From Patescibacteria group bacterium (GTDB taxonomy: Bacteria > Patescibacteriota > Microgenomatia > Levybacterales > UBA12049): 48,486 nt of DNA. The notes below the pieces were generated by a model, which saw only the letters and a list, made by a program, of their open reading frames with translations, had not been told where the DNA came from and did not search any database. Position 1 is the first letter of the stretch. Each line of letters begins with the position of its first letter. The DNA lies in assembly GCA_023473785.1 (NCBI GenBank), contig JAMCYD010000001.1, positions 1 to 48,486 of the forward strand, given 5' to 3'. Positions 37,094-47,048 of this stretch are shown one piece after another. A program made the translations under genes and the position numbers.

Positions 37094-38749
37094 CTAAAGT
37101 CTGATATTAATGCATCTTTTTTTAATACTATATATTATATATTGCCCCTGATTGTTTTTATACATCTTATCAAAATTTTCCTCGAAGAAGGGCCTATTTA
37201 TTGAGAAATCAGTGGAGTCGCTTGGCAGATTAATTTCTACATAGTTGATATTATATCTGGAAATTTTTTTACAAAAAAGATCAACGTTATTAGAATTAAG
37301 CAAGTTTTTTCTCAAATTGTCTCTTGTCAATGTATCATAGCCTGCAGACCAGGGAAAGTATGGCCAGCCAAGAAAAATTTTTCTACCCGCTAAAGATGCT
37401 GGAGTATAAAGATATTGAATGTTAAGAAAAACAGAGCTAGGTGGAGTATTTTGCATAATCCATTTTACGTCTTGATTTATCGGATAGTCAGGAAGAGCTA
37501 TCTTGGAATCATTATATACTGGAAAAAAATCAATAATTCCTGAAAGTATTAAGAAGAAAAATAAAATAACAGCTATTGGCTTTAGTAAGTTTTTTTTATT
37601 CCAAAGCTTAACTAGAGAGTAAGAAGAAAACATGACTCCGATTATCATAAAATAGTTAAAAAATTTATGATTTGCAGCCATTTCGGGTGAAAATTGCATT
37701 GTGTTGCCAATAATAAAAAGAGAAAAAAATGCGATCAAAATTTTCTTGGCATTTTTTGGAGCAAAGATAAAACCAAGTGGAATTAAAATTATGTGAAGTC
37801 CAAGATTTTGAATCCAGTAATTTACAAAAGAGATAATAGTTAAATTAAAAGATGCAAGATATCCTGGAGAGAAAAAAGGTTTAAAAGTTGATCCGCCAGA
37901 CTCAAGATATTTATATTGAGGCAGCGCAATAACTGCTCCTATAGACAAAATTAACAATAAAGACTTAATTACTTTTGGAAATAATAAGGCAAGAATTATT
38001 AAAATAACAACAGTCATCAGAAAAACTGCTAGGTGAAAATAAAAATAAAATCCTAAAATTATTCCAAGCAATATTGACAATTTCAGACTTGGATTTTCCC
38101 TTTTTAAAACAGGATTTATAAATAAAAAAATTATGAGTAGAGAGATTGCAAAAGCCGGCGCTAAGTGTCGTTGATTTGTGTAGATGTTTAAATTCCAAAA
38201 CGCAGAGACGATTCCATTATCATACGGTCCGAATGAGGAAAATTTTTGATTGGAAAAAATTTCATAAATAATATTCTTTGACAAAGGATGATTTTTGAAA
38301 AAGTAAACAAAGCTGAGCGATCCATTAAAAAGAAATAAAATAACAGTTAAGATCCCTACACTTCTTGAAACAAAGATATTTTTTGCAAAATAATAAACTA
38401 TTAATAGTAGCCCAAAAAAACCTAATATAGATAAAATGTTTAAAGCAAGATTGATCCTAAGCCCTAGTTTTTCTAGAAATCCTACCATTAAATAAAATAA
38501 GAAATGGTAATGTATTGGAAGGCCCGGAAAAATAGGATACTGGGGGGGGAAATTATTTCCAAATGAAAAAGAACGGATTAAGGGTATCGTACTTGCAAAA
38601 TCACTCCAAGCTTTGGTTGCAATTAACATTGACCCGGCTTTATAAGAAAACGTAGAGAACATTAGCCAAGAGCTGAACAAGAGAGAAAATGTTGCAAAAA
38701 AAATTTCAACAAAATTATTCCTGAGAAATTTAATATATTTTTTATTCAT
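37094..38749 (-). CDS. polytopic membrane protein, probable GT-C fold glycosyltransferase
   Basis: Many TM segments, WSD loop, YHFLF, LAGRK...G.P C-terminal domain; in operon with the DUF2298 gene. Confidence 0.65.
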   Translation of the reverse strand: MNKKYIKFLRNNFVEIFFATFSLLFSSWLMFSTFSYKAGSMLIATKAWSDFASTIPLIRSFSFGNNFPPQYPIFPGLPIHYHFLFYLMVGFLEKLGLRINLALNILSILGFFGLLLIVYYFAKNIFVSRSVGILTVILFLFNGSLSFVYFFKNHPLSKNIIYEIFSNQKFSSFGPYDNGIVSAFWNLNIYTNQRHLAPAFAISLLIIFLFINPVLKRENPSLKLSILLGIILGFYFYFHLAVFLMTVVILIILALLFPKVIKSLLLILSIGAVIALPQYKYLESGGSTFKPFFSPGYLASFNLTIISFVNYWIQNLGLHIILIPLGFIFAPKNAKKILIAFFSLFIIGNTMQFSPEMAANHKFFNYFMIIGVMFSSYSLVKLWNKKNLLKPIAVILFFFLILSGIIDFFPVYNDSKIALPDYPINQDVKWIMQNTPPSSVFLNIQYLYTPASLAGRKIFLGWPYFPWSAGYDTLTRDNLRKNLLNSNNVDLFCKKISRYNINYVEINLPSDSTDFSINRPFFEENFDKMYKNNQGQYIIYSIKKRCINIRL

Positions 38750-40028
38750 CAATAAGCCTTGCTACTTTTTGTCCGAGCTCCACTGCATAATTTGTTCCCC
38801 GATCCCAAGGATAAACCTGCTGAATATTGGCAAGATAAACATTTGGAAGGGGTGTTTGAAAAGGCGGAACAATTTTAGAATAATTCACGGGAATAATTGG
38901 TTGAGCAAAAGGAACTTGAAATAATTTAAAATTTATAATTGATGATTTATAATTTCTATTTATTTTTCGTAAATAAGGATCATAAATTTTCAAAAGCTCA
39001 TCAGCAGTAATTTTCATATAAGGATGATCGGAAGGCAAATAATTTCCCAGATATACGATATGTTCATTATTATAGTGTTTGTTGTCTATAAAATTCGTGT
39101 GTTCAACGATTGCCATAATGGGTGATTTTTTATCGCAGACACTAAGCCAGTAAGTTCCATCCTTAAGAAACTTTTCCTTTAGTCTTAAAACTAAATTAAT
39201 GGCACCAAGGCCCTTTAGTGTCAGTAGCTCTCTTTTGTAATCTTCCGGTAGGCTTGGTGCGATTTTGATAAAAAAGAACGATGGTAAGGTTACAATCACC
39301 TTGTCAAACTTTTCATTTTTGGTCTTAGTCTTTAGGCTTTCTTGAAATTTTATCTCAGCCATTTCTTTGTCGCAAATTATTTCTTTTACTTCTGTATTAA
39401 AGTAAAGTTTTCCTCCTGCTTTTTCAATTTTGGCGACAAGTGTTTGTGCAAAAGCAAGAAAACCGCCTTGAGGATACACTAGGGATGGTGTTCTTTTTTT
39501 AATTCTTGCCCAAAACCAGGAAAGCGCGATGTCTTTTGTAAAATCCCCAAATTTATTTTTAAGCTGCGGCTCCCAAATTTTTTCATATGCTTTCTCTCCC
39601 ATAGTTTTTGATAAAAACTCTTCTGTCTTTATTCCTTCAAGTAATTTCCAGAAAGGAAAATAGCGCAAAATACCAATAACTCCCGCCATTCTAAATCGAT
39701 CAAAAACAGAAAGACGGGGGAATAAAATAACGCTTCTAGGAGAATCAAGTTGATACAAATTGCCATCAACATAGACAGATGTTTTTGGACGATTTATTAA
39801 AACTTTATAGTTTATTTCTTTTGCAAGATTTAAGATGTTCCTGTCATTTGTAAACCAGTGATGGTAGTGTTTTTCCAAAGTCCATTCCCAGCCAGGTTCT
39901 TTATAGCCGATTGCAAGTCCACCCGGTTTTGAATCTTTTTCAAAAACCGAAACTTCGTGCCCATTTTTTACTAAATCATAAGCCGCGGAGAGTCCTGTGA
40001 AGCCTGCTCCAATAATTCCTATTTTCAT
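38742..40028 (-). CDS. FAD-dependent oxidoreductase (protoporphyrinogen oxidase-like family)
   Basis: IIGAGFTGL.AA, EK...GGL, LEKHYHHWF, YPWDRGTNYAV. Confidence 0.85.
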   Translation of the reverse strand: MKIGIIGAGFTGLSAAYDLVKNGHEVSVFEKDSKPGGLAIGYKEPGWEWTLEKHYHHWFTNDRNILNLAKEINYKVLINRPKTSVYVDGNLYQLDSPRSVILFPRLSVFDRFRMAGVIGILRYFPFWKLLEGIKTEEFLSKTMGEKAYEKIWEPQLKNKFGDFTKDIALSWFWARIKKRTPSLVYPQGGFLAFAQTLVAKIEKAGGKLYFNTEVKEIICDKEMAEIKFQESLKTKTKNEKFDKVIVTLPSFFFIKIAPSLPEDYKRELLTLKGLGAINLVLRLKEKFLKDGTYWLSVCDKKSPIMAIVEHTNFIDNKHYNNEHIVYLGNYLPSDHPYMKITADELLKIYDPYLRKINRNYKSSIINFKLFQVPFAQPIIPVNYSKIVPPFQTPLPNVYLANIQQVYPWDRGTNYAVELGQKVARLIDE

Positions 40029-41404
40029 AAAGATAAGATGCCACCGCGAGTGAGAAGAAAGAGAAATATGCCAAAAGCAGTGATTACAATGCCTGTTATC
40101 CCAATACTGACAATATTAGGATTGCCCGGAGGAGCTGTTTTTTTTGGCAATATGGTTGGGGAGATACTGCTGATAGGGGGTATTGTCGGAGCAATTGTTG
40201 GAGTAGGCGTTAGAATAGGAGTCAGGGTAGGAGTCAGGGTAACAGTTAGTGTTGGTAAAGGAGATACGACTGGAGTGGCCGATGGCGTTGCTGATTCCGT
40301 AACTTGCGTTCCTGAGGCATAGATAACAAAAGACTGGGTTATTGTCCGCAGAATTCCAGATACATCTTTTGCAACTACAGATATGGTATGTGCCCCAGGA
40401 GAAAGAGGTGTGGGCGGACGATAAGTCCAATTACCCAACTTATCTGTGGTTACTTGAGTTTGTATATTTTCGGGGGAATGAATAGTTATCGAAACACTAC
40501 TGTTGGGAAGGGCAATTCCTGAGAATTTTGGCTGCTGATCAGAAAAACCTTGGTTTTTTTGGGATGCTAAAATCTCCAAGTTTTTTCCAGTCGGAACTGA
40601 AGAGGGAATGGGAAGAGAGGAAAAAATCTTAGCAGATTCCGAAGCCAAGGGTTGAGGGATTATTGTGAAGTCGTAGTCATTGGACAAGATTATTGGCGGC
40701 ACAGAGCTTGTTTGTCCAACTGAAAGTTGCACATTAGATGAAAGATTTCCTGAAACAGCAAGCATTTTAATTACAGAACTACTCTGTAAGCTAAGATAAG
40801 AGGATAGATCTTTGGTTCTAAGAAAGTTCAAAGGAATTTCATAGCTTCCATCTTCTTTTGTAAGAGCAGATATAATCTGCGCATTTTCTGACGTAAGATA
40901 AACTATGGTTTCTTTGGAAGGGTTTCCGCTGGATAATAAGACTTTGCCGACAATTTTTCCTTGAGATATGGGTGGAAGCTTAATATTTGGTCCAGTTTTT
41001 ACAGTAAAAGGGATCTCATTTTGTAGAAATGTCTCCTGCCCTGACGTAATTGAGAAATAATAAGAAGTTTGGGGAGTTAAATTTTTTACTGTTATGCTAT
41101 GAACTGTATGGGGAGAGAGGGAGTTCTTTTGTCTATCTCTATCATCCAGCGCGCTAGATCCTAAATTTTTATCTTTGCCAAAATTCACAGAACCAAGTAC
41201 ATTGGCGTCTGTTGTAAAGGATACGGTGAATGAGGTGTCTTGAATATTGGTAATTCTCACATTTTTAGGGGAGTTTGAAGGTCCAGCAAGACTTGTAAAA
41301 ATTGCCCCTTTTTCTACAAGAAATGTGGTCAGTCCTATCCCGATTACTATTATAAATAGTCCTAAAATTGTTGGAATGCGTTTATTCCAGACGGTATTAT
41401 TCAT
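40025..41404 (-). CDS. surface protein with FN3/Ig-like domains and PT linker
   Basis: N- and C-terminal TM helices, P.NVRITN...F.VSF, H.ITV.NL.P.T.YYF, GNWTY...L.PG.HTI. Confidence 0.8.
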   Translation of the reverse strand: MNNTVWNKRIPTILGLFIIVIGIGLTTFLVEKGAIFTSLAGPSNSPKNVRITNIQDTSFTVSFTTDANVLGSVNFGKDKNLGSSALDDRDRQKNSLSPHTVHSITVKNLTPQTSYYFSITSGQETFLQNEIPFTVKTGPNIKLPPISQGKIVGKVLLSSGNPSKETIVYLTSENAQIISALTKEDGSYEIPLNFLRTKDLSSYLSLQSSSVIKMLAVSGNLSSNVQLSVGQTSSVPPIILSNDYDFTIIPQPLASESAKIFSSLPIPSSVPTGKNLEILASQKNQGFSDQQPKFSGIALPNSSVSITIHSPENIQTQVTTDKLGNWTYRPPTPLSPGAHTISVVAKDVSGILRTITQSFVIYASGTQVTESATPSATPVVSPLPTLTVTLTPTLTPILTPTPTIAPTIPPISSISPTILPKKTAPPGNPNIVSIGITGIVITAFGIFLFLLTRGGILSL

Positions 41405-41691
41405 GGCAATATATCAGTTCTTATTATTGGTCGCGTAGTCTCTGGGACAGCAGTGGTTGCGCTTTCGCTCCCTGCCGTATTTTTTATTTCGTAGATTGGT
41501 AATATTTTTTCTCTTTTCTTAAGATTCTCAATAGTTTTTGTATCAAAATCAGGATTTATTGGAATAATTTGCATTGTTGTCGATGTTGATATGGTATTCA
41601 CCGCTAAGTTGTGATACACGCTAAAAATAATCCAAAGAAGGACTACTATAACAGTGGATGCTAATAGAAAAAGAATATCTTTCTGCTTCAT
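41401..41691 (-). CDS. single-TM hypothetical protein in the pilNO operon
   Basis: 96 aa, N-terminal TM, adjacent to pilO. Confidence 0.7.
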   Translation of the reverse strand: MKQKDILFLLASTVIVVLLWIIFSVYHNLAVNTISTSTTMQIIPINPDFDTKTIENLKKREKILPIYEIKNTAGSESATTAVPETTRPIIRTDILP

Positions 41692-41694
41692 GTT

Positions 41695-42318
41695 TTATTT
41701 TTTAAAATAAGCCTTTCCTAAAATATCAATTTGTAGAACTCCAGCTTGATCGCCCTTTTTATTTATAGAAATCGTTTCTATGGAGATTACTCTTTGCATA
41801 TTCACAAGAGTTGATAAAAACTTTATCAGATCGTTATAGCTTCCCTGCAGGGAGGCAGAAAAGGAAAAAGAAGAATATTTGTTTTGGTTGGTTGAGGAGC
41901 TTACAGCTTCTACTTGAAAACTTTGTAGATTGTTAAATGTAACGTTGGAATTCTTAGCAATCGACTGTATCTGTCCTAAGAGAAGAGGCACTTCGGGATC
42001 TTGGGGAATGCTATCAAGCACAACCGGTACGTCAGTTTGCATAAGGCTATATTTTTGCTGAAGAGCCGATAGATTATTAATTTTTTCTTGCAATTTTTGA
42101 TCAACAAATTTATTGTCGGCTAACTCCTTTCTGAGTTTTGCAATTGTTGAAAGAGTTGGGTTAATTGCGAATAATCCCAGAAAGGAAAGTGCTATGAGAG
42201 AGAGAAAAAGACTTGCAGATCTTTGGGCTTTCTCCTTTCTGAAATCAGGGAAAAGCTCCAAGTATTTACTATTCTTGATACTCCTAAAAATGTTACCTAT
42301 ATTAGTTGTTTTTGCCAT
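41695..42318 (-). CDS. pilO: type IV pilus assembly protein PilO
   Basis: TM + coiled coil + IP..P, GSY..L..FL..L....R.I; start set at MAKTT. Confidence 0.8.
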   Translation of the reverse strand: MAKTTNIGNIFRSIKNSKYLELFPDFRKEKAQRSASLFLSLIALSFLGLFAINPTLSTIAKLRKELADNKFVDQKLQEKINNLSALQQKYSLMQTDVPVVLDSIPQDPEVPLLLGQIQSIAKNSNVTFNNLQSFQVEAVSSSTNQNKYSSFSFSASLQGSYNDLIKFLSTLVNMQRVISIETISINKKGDQAGVLQIDILGKAYFKK

Positions 42319-42865
42319 AAGAATCTTTCGTTTGTGAAAGAGTAGCCGTGATACCGACATTGATAAGACTATTTGATAATTTATTTTCTATCTTGTCTAT
42401 GCTGACACTTTTAATGCCAGGATAATTTTTTAATAGATTTACAAAATTACCCAAAGAGGAAACGAATTGAACATTTGCGCCTATGCTAATTCTGTTTTCA
42501 GAAATAAGGAAACTCTGAAAAGTCACTCCCGCAGGGGCAAAAGAGATAATATCTTTTAAGATTTTTATTTTTTTTTCTCCAAGATTTGAAAAATTGGATG
42601 CTATATCAAGCCTGTCTTGAAAATTTCGATAAGTATCCTCGCGATTCTTAAGATATCCTACAATAGTCTGTTCTTGTTTAATTTTTGAATGAAGATCAAT
42701 TAGTTCCCTATCAAGAGAAAACCTATATAAAAAAGCGGATAGTGCAATAAGTTCTGTAATTATTACAACGAGCCGTCCTATCGTTAATGCCCAGTTTATA
42801 AATTTATCAAAGAAATCTACATTTTCTCCTCCCAATAAATTTATAGATGGGTTTCCTTTTTTCAT
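42302..42865 (-). CDS. pilN: type IV pilus assembly protein PilN-like
   Basis: INLL motif, TM, coiled coil, P.GV.F pattern; upstream of pilO; promoter TTGACA-17-TAGACT. Confidence 0.7.
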   Translation of the reverse strand: MKKGNPSINLLGGENVDFFDKFINWALTIGRLVVIITELIALSAFLYRFSLDRELIDLHSKIKQEQTIVGYLKNREDTYRNFQDRLDIASNFSNLGEKKIKILKDIISFAPAGVTFQSFLISENRISIGANVQFVSSLGNFVNLLKNYPGIKSVSIDKIENKLSNSLINVGITATLSQTKDSYGKNN

Positions 42866-42908
42866 CGCACTTTTAGTCTAGGGATTTTTTTAGCTTTTGT
42901 CAAAAAAA

Positions 42909-43190
42909 TTATGAGGATTTTTTAGCTGAGGAAGTCTTCTTCGTTTTGACGGTCTTTTTGCTGATTAATTTTGCGATTTTTGATTTTATCCTTGCCGCTT
43001 TATTCTTGTGGATAATATTTTTTTTGGCGGCTTTATCTGCTAATTTTACTACTTCAGTGATAAATTTCTCACTTGGATTTTTTATCGCTTTTTTGATAGA
43101 AGTCCTTAAAAGATCTTTTAACTCTCTATTGCTTTCTTTTCTTTTTTTATCTTTCCTTAATTTTTTCTGAGCTGATTTTGTTACTGGCAT
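42909..43190 (-). CDS. rpsT: 30S ribosomal protein bS20
   Basis: MP.TKSA.K.LR, DKAAKKNIIHKNKAARIKS. Confidence 0.95.
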   Translation of the reverse strand: MPVTKSAQKKLRKDKKRKESNRELKDLLRTSIKKAIKNPSEKFITEVVKLADKAAKKNIIHKNKAARIKSKIAKLISKKTVKTKKTSSAKKSS

Positions 43191-43235
43191 AGGTAGATTT
43201 TACCATGTTATACTGTAAAAAACAATGAATATAAT

Positions 43236-44894
43236 ATGACAAATAACTTTCTTAGGAAAGGCCTCAGTATTCTAGTTTCTCGCCAGACCAACATTTTAAC
43301 TGCTGCTTTTATTATCATGGCGACCATCCTTCTTTCTCAGGTGCTAGGACTTGTCAGACAAAGACTTTTGGTTGCAATCTTTGGGGCGTCAGACATATTG
43401 GGAGTATATCTTGCATCATCAAGGCTTCCAGATTTTTTATTCCAACTTGTTATTGCAGGAGCTCTTTCCTCTGCATTTATTCCGGTCTTTTCCGATTATT
43501 TAGGGAAACAAAAATACGAGGAAGCGCATAGGGTTGCATCTACTCTTCTTGTTCTGGGGTTAATCTCTTTTTCGATACTTGCAGTTATACTTTTTATTTT
43601 TGCAGGTGTTTTTTCAAAGATGATGGCTCCGGGCTTCTCAAGTGAACAAATAACAATGATGGCCACTCTTATGAGAATAATTATCATTGGTGAATTGTTT
43701 TTTATTGTCGGCAGCTTTTTTTCGGCTGTTCTTCAATCGTACAATCATTTTTTTATTCCAGGAATCGCTGCAGCGCTTTATAATCTTGGAATGATTATCT
43801 CCATTATAATTTTTTACCCACTGGCTGGAATTTTCTCAGCAGCTTACGGGGTAATACTTGGAGCATTTATTTTTGTTGTTATTCAGTTGCCGCTAATAAA
43901 AGATGTCAAATTTGCTTTTAAGCCATCTTTCTCCATCAAGGAAAGCGGAATTATTCAAGTAGTAAAACTTATGTGGCCGAGAACCCTATCAATTGCAATC
44001 TTTCAGCTAGGTACCGTAATAACTGTTACCTTAGTTTCTTTCTTGCCATTTCCCGGCAGAAATTATGTAATTTTCGATTATGCCCAGACACTCGCTTTTG
44101 CGCCCGTTGTTCTTTTCGGTCAGGCAATAGCTCAGGCTGCTTTTCCAGTCTTATCAAGGGAAAAAGATAAATTAGAAGATTTCAAAACAACTTTTATTAC
44201 GAGTTTTAATCAGATGCTTTATCTGGTGCTTCCAATATCTGTCCTTTTTTTTGTCCTTCGTATTCCAATCGTGCGACTTATCTATGGAGCAGCTCAATTC
44301 GATTGGGGAGCAACAGTTCTAACCGGAAGAACCCTTGCCTTTTTTAGCCTGTCTATTTTTGCCCAGTCTCTTACCTATTTAGTCTCTCGAGGTTTTTATG
44401 CACTTCATGACACCAAAATTCCTCTTATCGTTGGGACAGCAACGACAATACTTATGATTGGTCTTGGAGCGCTATTTATTTTTGTAAATCATCTGGGAGT
44501 AGAAAGTCTGGCAATTGCTTTTTCAATCGCAAGTATTGCTAATCTATTAATTTCTTTTTTCCTACTTGATAGAAAAATAGGAGGTTTTAGAAAATCCACA
44601 TTGCTTTTTTCAATTGCAAAAATTTCTCTTGCCACAATTTTTACCGGTCTTGCTCTTTATGTCCCGATAAAACTTTTGGATAAGTTAGTTTTTGATACAA
44701 CCAAGACCATAAATCTGATCCTTTTAACAGGAGTATCAAGTTTCCTGGGACTCTCTCTTTATCTTTTTCTAACCTGGCTTTTTGATGTGAAAGAAGCCTC
44801 AACTTTTCTTCTGATATTTAGAAAAATTGGCAACTGGAGAGAAATACTTAGGAGAAGCGAAGAAGCCATCGACGGAACAAGTTTTAAGGTGTGA
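43236..44894 (+). CDS. murJ: lipid II flippase MurJ
   Basis: LGLVR...FGA, RLPD, GALSSAFIPVF, A.FP.LS, RGFYALHDTK.P. Confidence 0.92.
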   Translation: MTNNFLRKGLSILVSRQTNILTAAFIIMATILLSQVLGLVRQRLLVAIFGASDILGVYLASSRLPDFLFQLVIAGALSSAFIPVFSDYLGKQKYEEAHRVASTLLVLGLISFSILAVILFIFAGVFSKMMAPGFSSEQITMMATLMRIIIIGELFFIVGSFFSAVLQSYNHFFIPGIAAALYNLGMIISIIIFYPLAGIFSAAYGVILGAFIFVVIQLPLIKDVKFAFKPSFSIKESGIIQVVKLMWPRTLSIAIFQLGTVITVTLVSFLPFPGRNYVIFDYAQTLAFAPVVLFGQAIAQAAFPVLSREKDKLEDFKTTFITSFNQMLYLVLPISVLFFVLRIPIVRLIYGAAQFDWGATVLTGRTLAFFSLSIFAQSLTYLVSRGFYALHDTKIPLIVGTATTILMIGLGALFIFVNHLGVESLAIAFSIASIANLLISFFLLDRKIGGFRKSTLLFSIAKISLATIFTGLALYVPIKLLDKLVFDTTKTINLILLTGVSSFLGLSLYLFLTWLFDVKEASTFLLIFRKIGNWREILRRSEEAIDGTSFKV

Positions 44895-45994
44895 TGAATA
44901 GAAAACTAACCTACAGCCAAGTTGGCGATGACTACGATAATATAAAAGACCCCGTTAAAAAACTTGCGCAGAAATTTGCAAAATCCACAACAATTAATCT
45001 CACAAAGAAAGGATTTAAGGAGGTTTCGGAAACCAGAGGTGAGTCAGCTTATGTCTGGCAACAAGGCGATATTTACATGGCTTTTGCTGTCGAAGGACTT
45101 GGTACAAAAAATTTAATTGCAGACAAGATAGATGCAGGAGAAAAATATTATCAATCAATTGCTCACGATACGGTAGCAACCATAATCAATGATCTCGTTT
45201 CTGTTGGCGCAAGTCCGCTTGTCTTAAATGCATATTGGGCAATTCCTAATAACAATTGGTTGGAAAACAAAAAAAGAATTGATAGCTTAATCCTCGGCTG
45301 GAAAAAAGCCTGTGATATTGCAGGTGTTTCCTGGGGCGGAGGAGAAACAGCCACTTTAAATGGGATTATAAAAAATGGAACAGTTGATTTAGGCGGAGCA
45401 GCTGTTGGAATTATAAAAAATAGAAAAAGATTATTGATAGATACGAATTTAAAAACAGGTGATAGAATCGTTCTTCTTAAAAGTAATGGCATTAATTCCA
45501 ATGGAATTTCTTTGGTTCGCGCACTGGAAAAAAGACTTCCAAAAGGTTACTCCACAAAACTTAAAAACGGAAAGCTCTTCGGCGATGAGGCCTTGAGAAA
45601 ATCCAATATTTATGCAAAATTAATCAATCGGATTTTAGATTCAGGAATAAGACTTCATTACATTTCAAATATAACAGGGCACGGACTTCGCAAGATAATG
45701 AGATCGGAAAGAAATTTTATATACGTAATTGAAGAGATCATAGAGCCTCCTGGGATCTGTAATTTTATCCAGAAAAAATTAAGACTCTCGGATTACGAGA
45801 TGTATCAAACTTTTAATATGGGAATGGATTACGCGCTCTTTGTTGATAAAGAAGATGTAGATAAGACCTTAGGTGTTGTAGAAAAAGAAGGATTTTCAGG
45901 AATTAATGCTGGATATATTAAGATAGGAAAAAGACAAGTCCTAATACAGCCCAAAAATATTGCCTATGGGGGAAAAACTCTTGATTTAAGATAG
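44894..45994 (+). CDS. purM: AIR synthase (PurM) family protein
   Basis: TY..VG, EGLGTK, NDL...GA.P, GGETA, SNGI.SNG.SL, ITG.G, EMY.TFNMG; ATG overlaps the murJ stop. Confidence 0.8.
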   Translation: MNRKLTYSQVGDDYDNIKDPVKKLAQKFAKSTTINLTKKGFKEVSETRGESAYVWQQGDIYMAFAVEGLGTKNLIADKIDAGEKYYQSIAHDTVATIINDLVSVGASPLVLNAYWAIPNNNWLENKKRIDSLILGWKKACDIAGVSWGGGETATLNGIIKNGTVDLGGAAVGIIKNRKRLLIDTNLKTGDRIVLLKSNGINSNGISLVRALEKRLPKGYSTKLKNGKLFGDEALRKSNIYAKLINRILDSGIRLHYISNITGHGLRKIMRSERNFIYVIEEIIEPPGICNFIQKKLRLSDYEMYQTFNMGMDYALFVDKEDVDKTLGVVEKEGFSGINAGYIKIGKRQVLIQPKNIAYGGKTLDLR

Positions 45995-46015
45995 CTTGAT
46001 GATATAATTCTTTCT

Positions 46016-46966
46016 ATGAAAAATGCTATTGAAGGATCGAACAGCGGAACGCCCGCAATGGAATACCAGGAAGGTACTATTGTACCGATGGTAGATCTAG
46101 AAATCTCAGGAGAATGTAATTTGCATTGTCCAACTTGTTGGGGCACTCCTCCTGATATGCGTCAAGAACATGAATTTTCCGACTGGCTAGCAATGCTTGG
46201 AAAGCTAAAAGCCAGTTACGGTCTAGAGAGTATTGCTCTAACCGGAGGAGAGCCTTTGATGATCCCCGGTATTGATGGATTCATTGAAGAAGCACATGAA
46301 GAGGTTGGTCTAAATATCAACTTACTAACCAACGCAGTCTTTTTGGGAGAACATTTCTCAACGGTAAAGCCTCACCTTTCTTCTCTTTCGATTCCTCTTG
46401 ATGGCTCAACTGAGGAAATTAACAGAAAATCCAGAGGCAGAGATCATTATCAAGTTGCTGTTGACTGGATAGCACGTCTTAGTCGAGAGCACCCGGAGCT
46501 GCCTTTAAAAGTTGGTACAGTTGTATCCGCAGCAAATTTTTCAGATATACGTGATATAGGGGAAGTTTTGCTGGCTCAGGGATTTGGAGACCGCGTTTCT
46601 AATCCCGGTACTTGGAAGTTATATCAAGCAACTGCTTTTGGCGCACAGCAGGAAAGTCCCATATGGAGAGCAAGGGGAGTTACAGGTCAAGATTTTGATC
46701 AATTAGTTCAACAAGCTGTTGATAGATTCCAGGGGAGAATTAACGTTACGGGTTTATCGACGAGTGAGGTTGGTGGATATTGCATTATAGTGAGACCAAA
46801 TGGAAATGTAGTAACTAACTCTTTACAGGACGGAAGAGAGCATCTTCTAGCTACAAATATATTTGAGGATACTGAAGGAGCAATGGAATCTATAGCAGCT
46901 TATCACGTAAAAACTCGAGGTGTTCAAAGGATGGCGACTTCATATCTGTCTCAAGGCTTACACTAG
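46016..46966 (+). CDS. radical SAM enzyme, viperin/MoaA-like core, no SPASM domain
   Basis: CNLHCPTC, TGGEP, LLTN, LDG, LKVGTVV, WKLYQ. Confidence 0.88.
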   Translation: MKNAIEGSNSGTPAMEYQEGTIVPMVDLEISGECNLHCPTCWGTPPDMRQEHEFSDWLAMLGKLKASYGLESIALTGGEPLMIPGIDGFIEEAHEEVGLNINLLTNAVFLGEHFSTVKPHLSSLSIPLDGSTEEINRKSRGRDHYQVAVDWIARLSREHPELPLKVGTVVSAANFSDIRDIGEVLLAQGFGDRVSNPGTWKLYQATAFGAQQESPIWRARGVTGQDFDQLVQQAVDRFQGRINVTGLSTSEVGGYCIIVRPNGNVVTNSLQDGREHLLATNIFEDTEGAMESIAAYHVKTRGVQRMATSYLSQGLH

Positions 46967-47048
46967 CTTAATTACTACAAGAAACCATGACATAGAAGAA
47001 GTCATAGATTGAGTAATTTGCAAAGAATCCTGATATAATTTCCCCATT

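Noticed and set aside
40190..40300. 12-nt repeats (TPTL), and KTSP repeats near 25520-25610
   Set aside because: Codon-phase repeats of ordinary Pro/Thr linkers.
46970..47018. Imperfect hairpin AATTACT..ATGAC/GTCAT..AGTAATT as attC or ncRNA
   Set aside because: Short AT-rich arms with large internal loops; no second copy found.
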